From contig CAAGDF010000003.1 in NCBI GenBank assembly GCA_900768525.1, positions 892 to 64,891 on the forward strand: a DNA stretch of 64,000 nucleotides. Direction: 5' to 3'. The notes under the pieces were generated by a model. It was not told the origin of the DNA and made no database searches. It saw only the letters and a program-made list of their open reading frames with translations. This document shows, in pieces, positions 27,328-37,800 of this stretch. Every line of letters begins with the position of its first letter. The stretch's first letter is position 1. A program made the translations under genes and the position numbers. This DNA is from Clostridia bacterium. GTDB taxonomy: Bacteria; Bacillota; Clostridia; Christensenellales; Borkfalkiaceae.

Positions 27328-28689
27328 ATGGACAGCGTTTTTTGCGATTATAAGGTACAGTTTAAAGTGTTTTTTGTCGGTATCGGCGGAATAAGTATGT
27401 CCGCGCTTGCCGTCATGTTAAAGGAAAAGGGTTTTATCGTGTCGGGGTACGATAAAAATGAAAGCGAAACCACCGTTCGCCTTGAAAAACTCGGTATCCC
27501 GGTAAACCGCCCGAACGATTTGGAAGAGTGTGATATCGCGGTCGTATCGTCCGCGATTGCCGATGACGATCCCATAAAGGTTCGCCTTGTCGGAATGAAA
27601 AAAGCGGTTGTTTCGCGCGGGTGGCTGCTTGCGCGCCTTGCCGAATGTTACCCTATGTCGGTAGGAGTTGCGGGCACGCACGGCAAAACCACATGCGTTT
27701 GCATACTTGCGCATATTTTAAAATGTGCGGGCAAGCATTTTACTTTGCACGTCGGCGGGGAAGACAGCCTTTTCGGCAACGCATACAGTTCGGGCGACGA
27801 ACTGTTTTTGACCGAAGTGTGTGAATATAAGCGGAATATCGCGCATTTTTCGCCCGATATCGGCGTGGTTTTAAACATAGACGACGATCACGAGGAAAGT
27901 TACGGTTCTTTCGAGAATATCGTAAGCGAGTTCAACGAGTTTTTAAGCCGCGGCAGGACGGCGATAGTTAATTACGACGATGATAATCTTAATAAGTCGG
28001 GTGCGGTAACTTTTTCATATTCAAATACCGCAGCCGACTATTACGCAGGCGATATAAAGTTTGACGGCATAACTCTCGAATGTGCCGTTTTCGGACACGG
28101 AGCGCGACTTTTTGAAATTTCTACCGCGTTTTTGCGCCCGCACGACGCATATAACATTCTGGCTGCAACCGCAGTTGCGTGCGAACTCGGCATTGCTCCC
28201 GTCGATATCGGAAACGGCATAACCGATTTTCGCGGGGTTAAGCGCAGGAACGAATATTTAGGCGATTATTGCGGCAAACCCGTTTATGCCGATTACGCGC
28301 ACCACCCGAAACAGGTAGAAACGGCGGTGAACGAATATAAAGAACGGTTCGGCGAAAACGTGCGTATATTGTTTCAGTCGCACACATATTCGCGTACGGC
28401 AAGACTTATGGATGATTTTGTCCGCGCATTGTCGCCTTGCAAAAGCGTTAAACTTTTTGAAACTTATGCCGCGCGCGAAAAGTTCAACGAAGCGGGCAGT
28501 TATAAAAAGTTGGGCTATAAGCTCAAAAACGCAACATTATGCGACGGCGAAGAGGGTATTATAAACGCGTTCGAGGACGATAAAACCCAAGTGTCCGCAT
28601 ACGTTGTTTTAGGCGCGGGCGATTTATACGATAAAGTAAAATTTTTTTTGAAAGAAGAGCAACGCGGTGAAAAAACAAAAAAAATATAA
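27328..28689 (+). CDS. murC: UDP-N-acetylmuramate--L-alanine ligase
   Basis: FFVGIGGISMSALA, the GVAGTHGKTT P-loop, and overall Mur ligase architecture. Confidence 0.93.
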   Translation: MDSVFCDYKVQFKVFFVGIGGISMSALAVMLKEKGFIVSGYDKNESETTVRLEKLGIPVNRPNDLEECDIAVVSSAIADDDPIKVRLVGMKKAVVSRGWLLARLAECYPMSVGVAGTHGKTTCVCILAHILKCAGKHFTLHVGGEDSLFGNAYSSGDELFLTEVCEYKRNIAHFSPDIGVVLNIDDDHEESYGSFENIVSEFNEFLSRGRTAIVNYDDDNLNKSGAVTFSYSNTAADYYAGDIKFDGITLECAVFGHGARLFEISTAFLRPHDAYNILAATAVACELGIAPVDIGNGITDFRGVKRRNEYLGDYCGKPVYADYAHHPKQVETAVNEYKERFGENVRILFQSHTYSRTARLMDDFVRALSPCKSVKLFETYAAREKFNEAGSYKKLGYKLKNATLCDGEEGIINAFEDDKTQVSAYVVLGAGDLYDKVKFFLKEEQRGEKTKKI

Positions 28690-28865
28690 AAATTCGTTAG
28701 GAGTTTTTGTCGGTTCGGCGTATTATAATCGTAGAAATTTTAAGGGCGGAAAACAAGACCGCATAAGCGACGTTATGTTGAAATGCGAATTTGTCGGCGT
28801 TACCTTAAATGACTATCTCGCAAGCGGTATAGATTTATAAAACGTTTGCGAAAAAGGAGATAAAC

Positions 28866-30383
28866 ATGAAAAGAACACTTTTCACGATTGTAAGTTTTAT
28901 GCTTGCGGTTTGTATGTTGCAAGGCTGCAGTCCGGCTAAAAACGGTGACGGTTTGTTTTACAACCCGAGCATGGGTTATTATGACGAGGCAGAAGCACCT
29001 TCGTATTCGTACGACGAAGTGAAAGAAAACGGCTTTACCGTTGCCGCAGTAAAGAACTCTTCTACTTTTTCGCTCGATCGCAATACGACGGGGTATTCGA
29101 TAGCAAGGCGGCAGATAAACGGCGGTATGAAAATCTCTGCGGATTCGGTAAGAGTGGAAGAATACGTCAACTATTTTTCATATAGCTATCCCGAACCGAC
29201 GGACGGCAAGCCGCTTGCGATATCGGGCAAACTGTTCGATTGTCCATGGAATGCGGAAAATAAATTGTTCACGGTCGGCGTATCGGCAAAGCAGATTGAT
29301 TTTACCGATAAAAAGCAAAACAACCTCGTGTTCCTGATCGACGTTTCCGGTTCGATGTTCGGTTCGGACAGACTGGGTTTGATTCAGAATGCCTTCACCA
29401 TGCTGGCGAACAATCTTGCCGATAACGACGTTGTTTCGATAGTAACTTATGCCGGTTCGACAAAGGTAGTTGCCGAGGGCTTGAACGGCACCCAAAAATC
29501 GCAGATCTGCAACGTTTTGCAGGATTTATCCGCGAGCGGCTCGACGGCCGGTGCGTCGGGTATTCAGCTTGCCTATAAGGTCGCCGAAAAGTATTTTATA
29601 CAGGGCGGCAATAACCGTGTTATGCTTGCAACCGACGGCGATTTCAACGTGGGTATTAGCAATAAGAACCAGCTGAACGAATTTATTTCGGCAAAGCGCG
29701 ACACCGGCATTTATCTGAGCGTATTCGGCGTAGGAATGGGCAACACGCGCGACGACATCATGGAAACCCTCGCTAAAAACGGTAACGGAAACTACGGCTA
29801 TCTCGACAGCCTTACCGAGGCTCGCAAACTGCTCGTAACCGAGATGGGCGGTACTTTGGAAACCGTTGCCAAGGACGCTAAAATAAACGTAACGTTCAAC
29901 GCCGACAAAGTGGAAAAATTCCGTCTTATCGGGTACGAAAACAAAATGATGTCGGAAGATGATTTTAACGACGAAAACAAGGATGCGGGTGAAATCGGTT
30001 CGGGGCATACGGTAACCGCCGTTTACGAAATCAAACTCAAAGACGGCACGGCGGCAAATGCCGTAAACGAAACGCTTGCCGAATTTGCTTCCGCTAAGAT
30101 CAAGTGCAAAGATCCCGACTCGAACGAAAATATAGAGATCTACAAATCTTTTGACTTCGATTTGTATACGGCAACGCCCGACGAGGACGGCGCGTTCATC
30201 GCAAGCGTTACCGAGTTCGGTCTTTTGCTCAGGGAGTCGCAGTACAAGGGCACGGCTTCATGGCAAGGTTTGTTATCGCGCCTGACTAACCTTACTTCGG
30301 TAAACGGCGCAAATGCCGACGAGTTCAGAGCCGAGTTTTTGGAATTAGTAAAAAAGGCTCGGACGATTTATTCTGCGCAGTAA
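28866..30383 (+). CDS. von Willebrand factor type A domain lipoprotein (YfbK-like)
   Basis: Lipobox LQGC at the signal-peptide end, the MIDAS motif LVFLIDVSGSM, and VMLATDGDFNVG. Confidence 0.85.
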   Translation: MKRTLFTIVSFMLAVCMLQGCSPAKNGDGLFYNPSMGYYDEAEAPSYSYDEVKENGFTVAAVKNSSTFSLDRNTTGYSIARRQINGGMKISADSVRVEEYVNYFSYSYPEPTDGKPLAISGKLFDCPWNAENKLFTVGVSAKQIDFTDKKQNNLVFLIDVSGSMFGSDRLGLIQNAFTMLANNLADNDVVSIVTYAGSTKVVAEGLNGTQKSQICNVLQDLSASGSTAGASGIQLAYKVAEKYFIQGGNNRVMLATDGDFNVGISNKNQLNEFISAKRDTGIYLSVFGVGMGNTRDDIMETLAKNGNGNYGYLDSLTEARKLLVTEMGGTLETVAKDAKINVTFNADKVEKFRLIGYENKMMSEDDFNDENKDAGEIGSGHTVTAVYEIKLKDGTAANAVNETLAEFASAKIKCKDPDSNENIEIYKSFDFDLYTATPDEDGAFIASVTEFGLLLRESQYKGTASWQGLLSRLTNLTSVNGANADEFRAEFLELVKKARTIYSAQ

Positions 30384-30430
30384 TTTTTCGGCTTGCCCGA
30401 CTTGTCGGGCTATAACGTTTGATTATTTAA

Positions 30431-30464
30431 TGCTTGCGGGCAATAACGTTCGCAGGCATTTTTT
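30431..30464 (+). terminator. Intrinsic terminator after the vWA gene
   Basis: tgcttgcg (30431-30438) / cgcaggca (30451-30458), then TTTTTT. Confidence 0.7.
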
Positions 30465-30663
30465 ATGCTCGGTTTTTATACTCGGCGATTATTTATATTG
30501 ACTAAACGTGCGGGTGAGTATATAATAATGCATGTAAAAATACGAAAAAATCGTATGGTTTTGGCGGGTAAAACTCGGCTTAAAACCGCCCGCGTTTTAT
30601 AAAAATGCGTTGCGCAAATCAAAAGGGCGGTTACCTCGCTATATACGATTTAACGGTAAAAAT

Positions 30664-31614
30664 ATGAAAAAGTACGAAAATTATTTAATAACAGGCTTGG
30701 ACGGCGGCACGTTTTTCAGCGCGGCGATGCTTGTAAATCTCTTGCTGTCGCTCGTGTTGTCGCTTATTTTGCAACTGACGGGCGCAGCTGCGGACAGCGC
30801 GTTTTTAGAAAGTTACGGCTATACTTACTTAAACTTCCTCGTATCGCCCGTGGCTATTGCGGCAACGCTTTTTTACGCCCGCCAAAAATGCAAGCTGAAT
30901 CTTGTCCGTTCGGTTTCGTCGAGTCGCGCGGGACTTAAATTCTACGGTATTGCCGCGCTTTTGTTCGTCGGCTCGATGGCGGGGCTTTCGGGGCTTAACA
31001 CGCTGTTCGTGGAATGGCTCAATAAACTTGTGGGGTATACGCCGAAGTCGCTTAACATACCCGGTTCGGGGTTTGGCAACTTTTTGCTTTGCACTTTAAT
31101 AATTTGCATTATTCCCGCTTTTTTTGAAGAGCTTTTGTTCCGCGGCGTAGTGCTTAACGGCGTAAAACGGCTTGGAGACGTGTTTGCCGCGCTCGTTACG
31201 GGCGGATTGTTTTGCCTGTACCACCACAGCCCGCAGCAAACAATTTATCAGTTTATTTTAGGCGTGCTGTTCGGTTTGCTTGCAATAAAAAGCGGTTCTA
31301 TAATTCCGTCGATGCTGTTCCACTTTCTCAACAATTTTTATATCATCGTCGGCTATTATATCTGGGGCGAAGAGTTGGCTTTGCCTACCGCCGCAACCGT
31401 AATAATTATTATAGTCGGGCTTATCGTTCTTGCTCTTGGTCTTGTACTGCTTATTAAGAGCAAGAAACCCGAAGCCGAGGAAAATATTAAAAACGACTTT
31501 TTAAAAATTGCCGATAAGCACGAAGAAAGAAAAGCGTTTCTGATATCTTCCGCAGTCGGCGCGGCCGCTTGCATAGTGCTGTGGATTACCGAACTCGTCG
31601 CATACATAAGTTAG
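30664..31614 (+). CDS. CPBP-family intramembrane glutamic endopeptidase
   Basis: Multi-TM protein with EELLFRG, the LYHH region and FHFLNN motifs. I preferred the ATG at 30664 (MKKYENY). Confidence 0.85.
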   Translation: MKKYENYLITGLDGGTFFSAAMLVNLLLSLVLSLILQLTGAAADSAFLESYGYTYLNFLVSPVAIAATLFYARQKCKLNLVRSVSSSRAGLKFYGIAALLFVGSMAGLSGLNTLFVEWLNKLVGYTPKSLNIPGSGFGNFLLCTLIICIIPAFFEELLFRGVVLNGVKRLGDVFAALVTGGLFCLYHHSPQQTIYQFILGVLFGLLAIKSGSIIPSMLFHFLNNFYIIVGYYIWGEELALPTAATVIIIIVGLIVLALGLVLLIKSKKPEAEENIKNDFLKIADKHEERKAFLISSAVGAAACIVLWITELVAYIS

Positions 31615-31623
31615 CCGAAATAT

Positions 31624-31643
31624 GCGATAATCGACTTATAGGC
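31624..31643 (+). repeat. Dispersed repeat, class A, forward: GCGATAATCGACTTATAGGC
   Basis: Exact consensus, followed by gggCTTTTTaataaaaa. It is the first of a tandem pair. Confidence 0.9.
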
Positions 31644-31691
31644 GGGCTTTTTAATAAAAACAAATAAGAACGAAAAAAAACAACCAAAAGC

Positions 31692-31711
31692 GCGATAATC
31701 GACTTATAGGC
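31692..31711 (+). repeat. Dispersed repeat, class A, forward: GCGATAATCGACTTATAGGC
   Basis: Identical 20-mer 68 nt downstream of the first copy, followed by agaCTTTTaataaaaa. Confidence 0.9.
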
Positions 31712-31742
31712 AGACTTTTAATAAAAAGGGTATATTTTTGGT

Positions 31743-32204
31743 ATGTATAAAATCAATTTGGTGGTCGTTGGTAAAGTCAAAGAAAAGTATTTTGCAGACG
31801 CTGTTAAAGAGTACGAAAAGCGGCTTTCCCGTTTTTGCGAATTTAAAATTTACGAATGCAAGGAGTGCGGAGGTGAGGACGCTGCGCCCGAAGTCGCATT
31901 AAAAAAGGAGAGCGAGGAGATTCTGAAAAAACTCGGCGGTTACGTCTTTGTAATGGCAATCGAGGGTAAGCAATGCGACTCGGCTGCGTTTTCCGAAAAA
32001 CTGCTTAAAATAAAAGATACCGTCGGCGAAGCGACTTTTGTAATCGGCTCGTCCTACGGCATTTCGGACGGCGTAAAAGCCAAAGCCGACGAACTTATAT
32101 CGTTTTCTAAAATGACTTTTCCGCACACGCTTTTCCGCGTGATGCTCACCGAGCAGATCTACCGCGCGTTTATGATCGGCGGCGGAGGGAAATATCACAA
32201 ATAA
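31743..32204 (+). CDS. rlmH: 23S rRNA (pseudouridine1915-N3)-methyltransferase
   Basis: 153 aa of the SPOUT family: VVVGKVKEKY..., FVIGSSYGIS, ISFSKMTFPH. Confidence 0.93.
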   Translation: MYKINLVVVGKVKEKYFADAVKEYEKRLSRFCEFKIYECKECGGEDAAPEVALKKESEEILKKLGGYVFVMAIEGKQCDSAAFSEKLLKIKDTVGEATFVIGSSYGISDGVKAKADELISFSKMTFPHTLFRVMLTEQIYRAFMIGGGGKYHK

Positions 32205-32304
32205 ATTTTTGCACGATGGGTGTGTATAAATGATAAAGACAAACGGATTGAGGCAATCCGCAAAACAGATAGAAAAACTTAAAAAACTCGAAGAAGAGCA
32301 GCGA

Positions 32305-32748
32305 ATGACCGACGAAAAGTTCATGCGGCTTGCCATAGAGCAAGCGGAAATCGCTAAATTTCTCGGCGAAGTTCCCGTCGGGGCGGTAATAGTAAAGGAC
32401 GGCGAGGTTATTGCGTCAGCCTGTAACCGCAAGGAAACCGACGATTGCGCCTTAAGCCACGCCGAAATAAACGCCATTACGGAAGCGTCGAAAAAACTCG
32501 GCTGGCGGCTTGACGGCTGCGATATTTACGTTACGTTAGAGCCTTGCGCAATGTGCGCGGGCGCGATAATTTCCGCGCGTATACGGCGCGTCGTGTTCGG
32601 CGCGAGCGAGCCGAAATCGGGTTTTTTCGGCAGCGCGGCGGATTTATCAAAAATCTCGGGGCTTAATCATTCGGTAGAAATCGTCGGCGGCGTGTGTTCA
32701 GATGCTTGCCAAAAAATCCTCACCGACTTTTTCGGCTGCAGAAGATAA
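32305..32748 (+). CDS. tadA: tRNA adenosine(34) deaminase
   Basis: HAEINAI and TLEPCAMCAGAI zinc-binding motifs. I preferred the start at 32305 (MTDEKFMRLAIEQA); the ATG at 32230 would add a 25-aa K/E-rich extension. Confidence 0.9.
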   Translation: MTDEKFMRLAIEQAEIAKFLGEVPVGAVIVKDGEVIASACNRKETDDCALSHAEINAITEASKKLGWRLDGCDIYVTLEPCAMCAGAIISARIRRVVFGASEPKSGFFGSAADLSKISGLNHSVEIVGGVCSDACQKILTDFFGCRR

Positions 32749-32813
32749 ATTGTGCGTTATATGCGGCATAAATAAAAAGGCGTAAGTAAAATTGCAAATC
32801 GCGAGTCAATAAG

Positions 32814-32842
32814 TTGACTATTTTTTGTTTTTCATTTATGAT
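32814..32842 (+). promoter_or_regulatory. Sigma-A-type promoter (TTGACT-17-TATGAT) for prs
   Basis: TTGACT at 32814-32819, a 17-nt spacer, TATGAT at 32837-32842. The -35 hexamer is also the 3' arm of the weak tadA terminator hairpin agtcaa/ttgact. Confidence 0.55.
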
Positions 32843-32908
32843 AAATACGTATTGAAAAAAGACCGAATCGAGTCATAGAAACTCGTTCGATCCATATCGG
32901 AGGTCGTT

Positions 32909-33880
32909 ATGATTACACACAGCACAGAGATTAAGATTTTTTCGGGTAATTCGAACAAGCCTCTGTCCGAAGCGATTGCGAAAGAGCTTAACAAACCGTT
33001 GAGCGATATCGAAGTCGGGCATTTTTCGGACGGGGAGACCAGCGTTCACATAGGCGAAACCGTCAGAGGACGCGACGTATTTATTATTCAATCGACCAGC
33101 TCTCCCGTCAACGAAAATTTGATGGAACTCCTCGTTTGTATCGACGCATTGCGCCGCGCATCCGCAGGACGTATTACGGCAGTTATTCCTTATTTCGGAT
33201 ATGCCAGACAGGACAGAAAGGCTCGCCCGCGTGATCCTATCACGGCTAAACTCGTTGCAGATATTATCACTTCCGCCGGAGCGGACAGAATTTTAACCAT
33301 AGACCTCCACGCTCCTCAGATTCAGGGTTTCTTCGATATTCCCGTAGATCATCTCGAGGGCGGTCCGATACTGTACAAGCATTTTAAAAGCAAAGTAAAC
33401 GAAGATTTTGTTGTGGTTTCGCCCGACGTAGGCAGCGTTTCGCGCGCACGCACGGCGGCATCCATTCTTAATTGCCCCATAGCGATTATCGATAAGCGCA
33501 GACCTCGCGCAAATCAGGTTCAGATAATGAACATTATCGGCGACGTAAAAGGCAAAACTTGCCTCCTCGTCGACGATATGATCGATACCGCAGGCACTAT
33601 TTGCGAGGGCGCGCAGGCTCTTGCCGATTTCGGTGCTAAGGAAATTTACGCTTGCTGTACGCATGCCGTGTTCTCGGGCCCTGCGATAGAGCGTATTCAA
33701 AAATCGCCCATCAAAAAGATCGTCGTGCTCGATACGATAGACCTTCCCGAAGAAAAGCGTATCGATAAAATCGAGGTGCTTTCCATTGCGAAATTGCTTG
33801 CAAAGGCAATCAATAACATTTACCTCGACCAGAAGATGAGCGAGGTTTACAAAAACAGCGATACCGATAACAACAACTGA
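32909..33880 (+). CDS. prs: Ribose-phosphate pyrophosphokinase
   Basis: IKIFSGNSN, the YARQDRK region, and the PRPP-binding loop [11 protein letters not shown]. Confidence 0.96.
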   Translation: MITHSTEIKIFSGNSNKPLSEAIAKELNKPLSDIEVGHFSDGETSVHIGETVRGRDVFIIQSTSSPVNENLMELLVCIDALRRASAGRITAVIPYFGYARQDRKARPRDPITAKLVADIITSAGADRILTIDLHAPQIQGFFDIPVDHLEGGPILYKHFKSKVNEDFVVVSPDVGSVSRARTAASILNCPIAIIDKRRPRANQVQIMNIIGDVKGKTCLLVDDMIDTAGTICEGAQALADFGAKEIYACCTHAVFSGPAIERIQKSPIKKIVVLDTIDLPEEKRIDKIEVLSIAKLLAKAINNIYLDQKMSEVYKNSDTDNNN

Positions 33881-33911
33881 TTGTTAGTCGGCGTCGGTTG
33901 CACAGGCTTAT

Positions 33912-34478
33912 ATGAAAATGATTTTCGGGCTGGGTAATCCCGGCGAAAAGTACGCTTTGAATTATCATAACCTTGGGTTTATGGTTATAGACATTCTTGC
34001 CGAGCGGCTCAACGTAACGACTTTTAAAAAAGAAAAAAACGGGCTTTGCGCCACCGTGTTCATCGGAGGCGAAAAGACGTTGCTTATAAAACCGCTTACG
34101 TTTATGAACGCCAGCGGCGATTGCGTAAAACCTTTTGTCGATTACTACAACGTTAAAACCTCGGATATTCTCGTTATATACGACGATATCGATATAGATA
34201 AAGGCGGTATTCGTTTTCGTCCGCACGGTTCGTCGGGTACGCATAACGGTATGCGCAGCATTGTTTCAAGGCTTAACAGCGAAGATTTTCCACGCCTCCG
34301 CATAGGCTCGAAGAATACAAATCCCGCAATTCCGCTTATCGATTACGTTCTTATGAATATTCCCGCCGAAGAAAAAACCGTAATTTTGCCGGCTTTGAAT
34401 AAAGCTGCCGATTGCGCCGAAGATTTCGCCGCCGGCGTCGAATTCGATAAACTCTCGTGCAAGTATAACGCACGCTGA
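33912..34478 (+). CDS. pth: Peptidyl-tRNA hydrolase
   Basis: IFGLGNPGEKY..NYHNLGF, MNASG, and the GSSGTHNG(M)RS region. Confidence 0.95.
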   Translation: MKMIFGLGNPGEKYALNYHNLGFMVIDILAERLNVTTFKKEKNGLCATVFIGGEKTLLIKPLTFMNASGDCVKPFVDYYNVKTSDILVIYDDIDIDKGGIRFRPHGSSGTHNGMRSIVSRLNSEDFPRLRIGSKNTNPAIPLIDYVLMNIPAEEKTVILPALNKAADCAEDFAAGVEFDKLSCKYNAR

Positions 34479-34617
34479 ACTTAAAAACGACTAGAAAGGT
34501 TGCAAATCTATCGAAGGAAGGTAGGAATGTAACCTTTTTTAGCCGAAAAATGTTTCACTAGACGCGCGTAATTAAATCACGGGCTTTTCCCAATTCGGGT
34601 GCGCTGTATGTCGAAAT

Positions 34618-34649
34618 AAAAGCTTTCCCCTTCGGGGAGAGTGGCTTTT
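34618..34649 (+). other. GC-core hairpin in the pth-mfd spacer
   Basis: aaagCTTTCCCC-ttc-GGGGAGAGtggCTTTT, followed by the direct repeats ACGAGTAAAACGAGTAAAAGACGAG. Confidence 0.5.
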
Positions 34650-34764
34650 ACGAGTAAAACGAGTAAAAGACGAGAGAGGATAAAAAAAGCCGATGCTTAA
34701 AAAACAGCTCTTCCAACAAGGACTGCGAATTATCAAAACAATCCTCTTCAGTCGCTACGCGACA

Positions 34765-34800
34765 GCTTCCCCGACAGGGGAAGCCTTGTAGTTTTATTTT
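34765..34800 (+). terminator. Strong terminator-like hairpin in the pth-mfd spacer
   Basis: Perfect 8-bp GC-rich stem gcttcccc (34765-34772) / ggggaagc (34777-34784) with a GACA loop, then the U-rich tail cttgtagttttatttt. Confidence 0.65.
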
Positions 34801-34810
34801 ACAAATACCT

Positions 34811-34830
34811 GCCTATAAGTCGATTATCGC
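34811..34830 (-). repeat. Dispersed repeat, class A, reverse: gcctataagtcgattatcgc
   Basis: Exact reverse complement of GCGATAATCGACTTATAGGC. It ends 18 nt before the mfd ATG. Confidence 0.9.
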
Positions 34831-34848
34831 CACTTTTAAGTAAAAATA

Positions 34849-37800
34849 ATGGCAAAATCGATTATGTTGGATAAATATCTGCAAGCCGAAAATTTAGGCG
34901 AAAATTTCATAACTCTCAAAGAAAATGTCCGCAGTGGGGTTCCTACCGCGGTTTTTGGCGTACAATCAGCCGAAAAATATCATCTTGCGGCAATGCTCGA
35001 TTTGCCTGTTATTTACATCGCGCGTGACGGGCTTATTGCCAAAAACGCAGCCAAAGAACTGCGCGCTTTAAGCGGGAAAAACGGAGTATATCTTCCTGCC
35101 AAGGACGATGTTTTATTATATAACAAAGCGTTCAACAAGGACGCGTATTACGAACGCATTACCGCGCTGTATCGTTTAACTAAAGGGGTAGATTTCGTAA
35201 CTTGCACGTTTGAAGCTCTTTTGCAGTTAATGCCGGATAAAATCGAAGGTATAGAACTTAAAACGGGCGGAGAATATGATTTGACCGAACTGTGCGCCTG
35301 CCTTGTGCGTATGGGGTATACCCGCGTGGACGAGGTGGACGGTAAGGGGCGTTTTTCTCTTCGCGGTGATATTTTGCAGGTTTTTTCGGTGAACTATGAC
35401 GTTCCCGTCCGCATTGACTTTTTCGGCGACGAGATAGAAAAAATGGTCTATTTCGACGCGTCTGGCGCGGTCGGCGGCGAAACTAAAAAGATTACGATTT
35501 TGCCGACCGTTGATTTTGCTATCGATCCCGCCGAAAAAGCTACGATAAAACATGCCTTGAAAGAGGGTGTGCGCGCGTTCGGCACTCAAATTTACGCTGC
35601 GCGTGCGCGCGACATAGCAAGCGAACTTACCGAAACGTTGGATAACGACGTTTGCGATCCGTCGCTGTCGTTTGTCCTGCCGCTGCTTTCTTGCATGAAA
35701 GGCAGTATCCGCAAGTTTATGGGCGAGGATGCCGTAGTAGTTTACGACGAGTGCAAAATGCTTAGAGATTCGCTTGACGGCGCGCTTAAAGAATTTGCCG
35801 ACCGCCGTATTTCGCTTGCGGCAAACGGCGAAAGTTTCAACTTTTCCGCAGGACAATACAAAACGCCCGAGGCGTTGTTTAAGGAACTCGACCTTCCGCG
35901 CAAACTTGCGCTTCAAAGTTTAACCTCGCAAATCGCGTTTTTCAATCCGCTTAAAACAATGCGGTTCAACTGCACGCTCGTGCCGCGCTATGCGCTTAAG
36001 CCCGACGACTTTTTCGATGACGTAAAAAGTTGGAAAATCACGGGCTATAAAGTTCTGGTGTGCTGCGGCAACGGCGAGCGCGCCGCGCGTTTGCACGGTT
36101 ATCTTGAAGATAAGAAGATTTTTTCCGATTTAGGCGATAATTTTCCCGCCGATTTTTCCGGCGTTAAGATAACGAGTTTTTATCTTGCGAACGGCTTTAT
36201 TTACCACGACGCAAAACTTGCGGTAATCGGCACTAACGATTTATACTCGCGCAAGGAAACGCAAAAGAAGATCAAGCGCAAGAGCGGCGACGTATACTAC
36301 GCGCCCGAGGTAGGCGATTACTGTGTGCATGAAAAACACGGCATCGGTATCGTACGCGGTGTGGAACGCATAACCACTACCGACAGCACCAAAGATTACG
36401 TTGCCATTGAGTACCGCGGCGGCGATATGCTTTACGTCGGCGTGGACAGAATGGACTGCCTTACAAAATACATGGGCGGAGAGGAAAAACCCTCGCTTTC
36501 CAAACTCGGAGGACAGGAGTTTGAAAAGATCAAGGAACGCGTAAAAGCGTCTATCGCCAAACTTACCATAAACTTAAAACAGCTGTACCGCAACCGCAGG
36601 GAAGCCAAAGGTTTTGCGTTTTTGCCCGACGACGGCATGATGCGCGAGTTCGAGGAAGCGTTCCCGTTTGAAGAAACCGAAGATCAGCTGACCTCTATCG
36701 AAGAGATTAAAAAAGATATGGAAAGCACGCGCGTTATGGACAGGCTGCTTTGCGGCGACGTCGGCTACGGAAAGACGGAAGTCGCTTTGCGTGCGGCGTT
36801 CAAGGCGATAGAGTCGGGCAAGCAGGTCGCTTTTATCGCGCCTACCACCATTCTTGTCGAGCAGCATTATATGAACGCGCTCGAGCGGTTCAAGGATTTT
36901 GCGGTGAGAATCGCCGTACTTGACAGGTTCAGAACGACCTCAGAACAGTCCAAAACGTTGTTCGACCTCGAAGACGGTAAGATAGACATGGTAATCGGCA
37001 CGCACAGGCTGTTTTCAAAGGACGTAAAATTCAAAGATTTAGGATTGCTTATTCTCGACGAGGAGCAGCGGTTCGGCGTGGAGCATAAAGAAAAACTCAA
37101 ACTGCTCAAAGAAAACGTGGATACGCTCACGCTGTCGGCAACGCCTATTCCGAGAACGCTGCATATGTCGCTTACGGGTATACGCGATATAAGCATAATC
37201 AACACACCGCCCACGCAGCGCATACCGGTGCAAATTTTCGTAACCGAAGAAACCGACGCACTTATTCATGATGCAATTTCAAAAGAGCTGGCGCGCGGCG
37301 GTCAGGCATTCATTTTGTACAACAGCGTCGAGAGCATTTCGGCTTTTGCGGCGCGCGTGCGCGAACTCATACCCGAAGCGCGGGTAGTTATCGGGCACGG
37401 GCAAATGCAGGAACGGCAGCTTGAAGAAAACGTAATGGCGTTCTACCGCGGTGAGTACGATGTACTCGTTGCGACGACCATAATCGAAAACGGAATAGAT
37501 TTGCCCAATGCGAACACGCTCATTGTAATCGACGCCGACAAACTCGGACTTTCCACGTTGTATCAGTTAAAAGGCAGGGTGGGCAGAAGCGATCGTATGG
37601 CGCGCGCGTATTTTACTTATAAAGAAAATAAGGTCATAACCGATATCGCGTTCAAGCGATTGTCTGCGCTCACCGAATTTTCTGAGTTCGGCAGCGGTTT
37701 TAAAATCGCCATGCGCGACCTTGAAATTCGAGGCGCGGGCAACGTGCTCGGCAAAGAACAGCACGGGCATATGGAAAAAATCGGTTACGAACTGTATACG

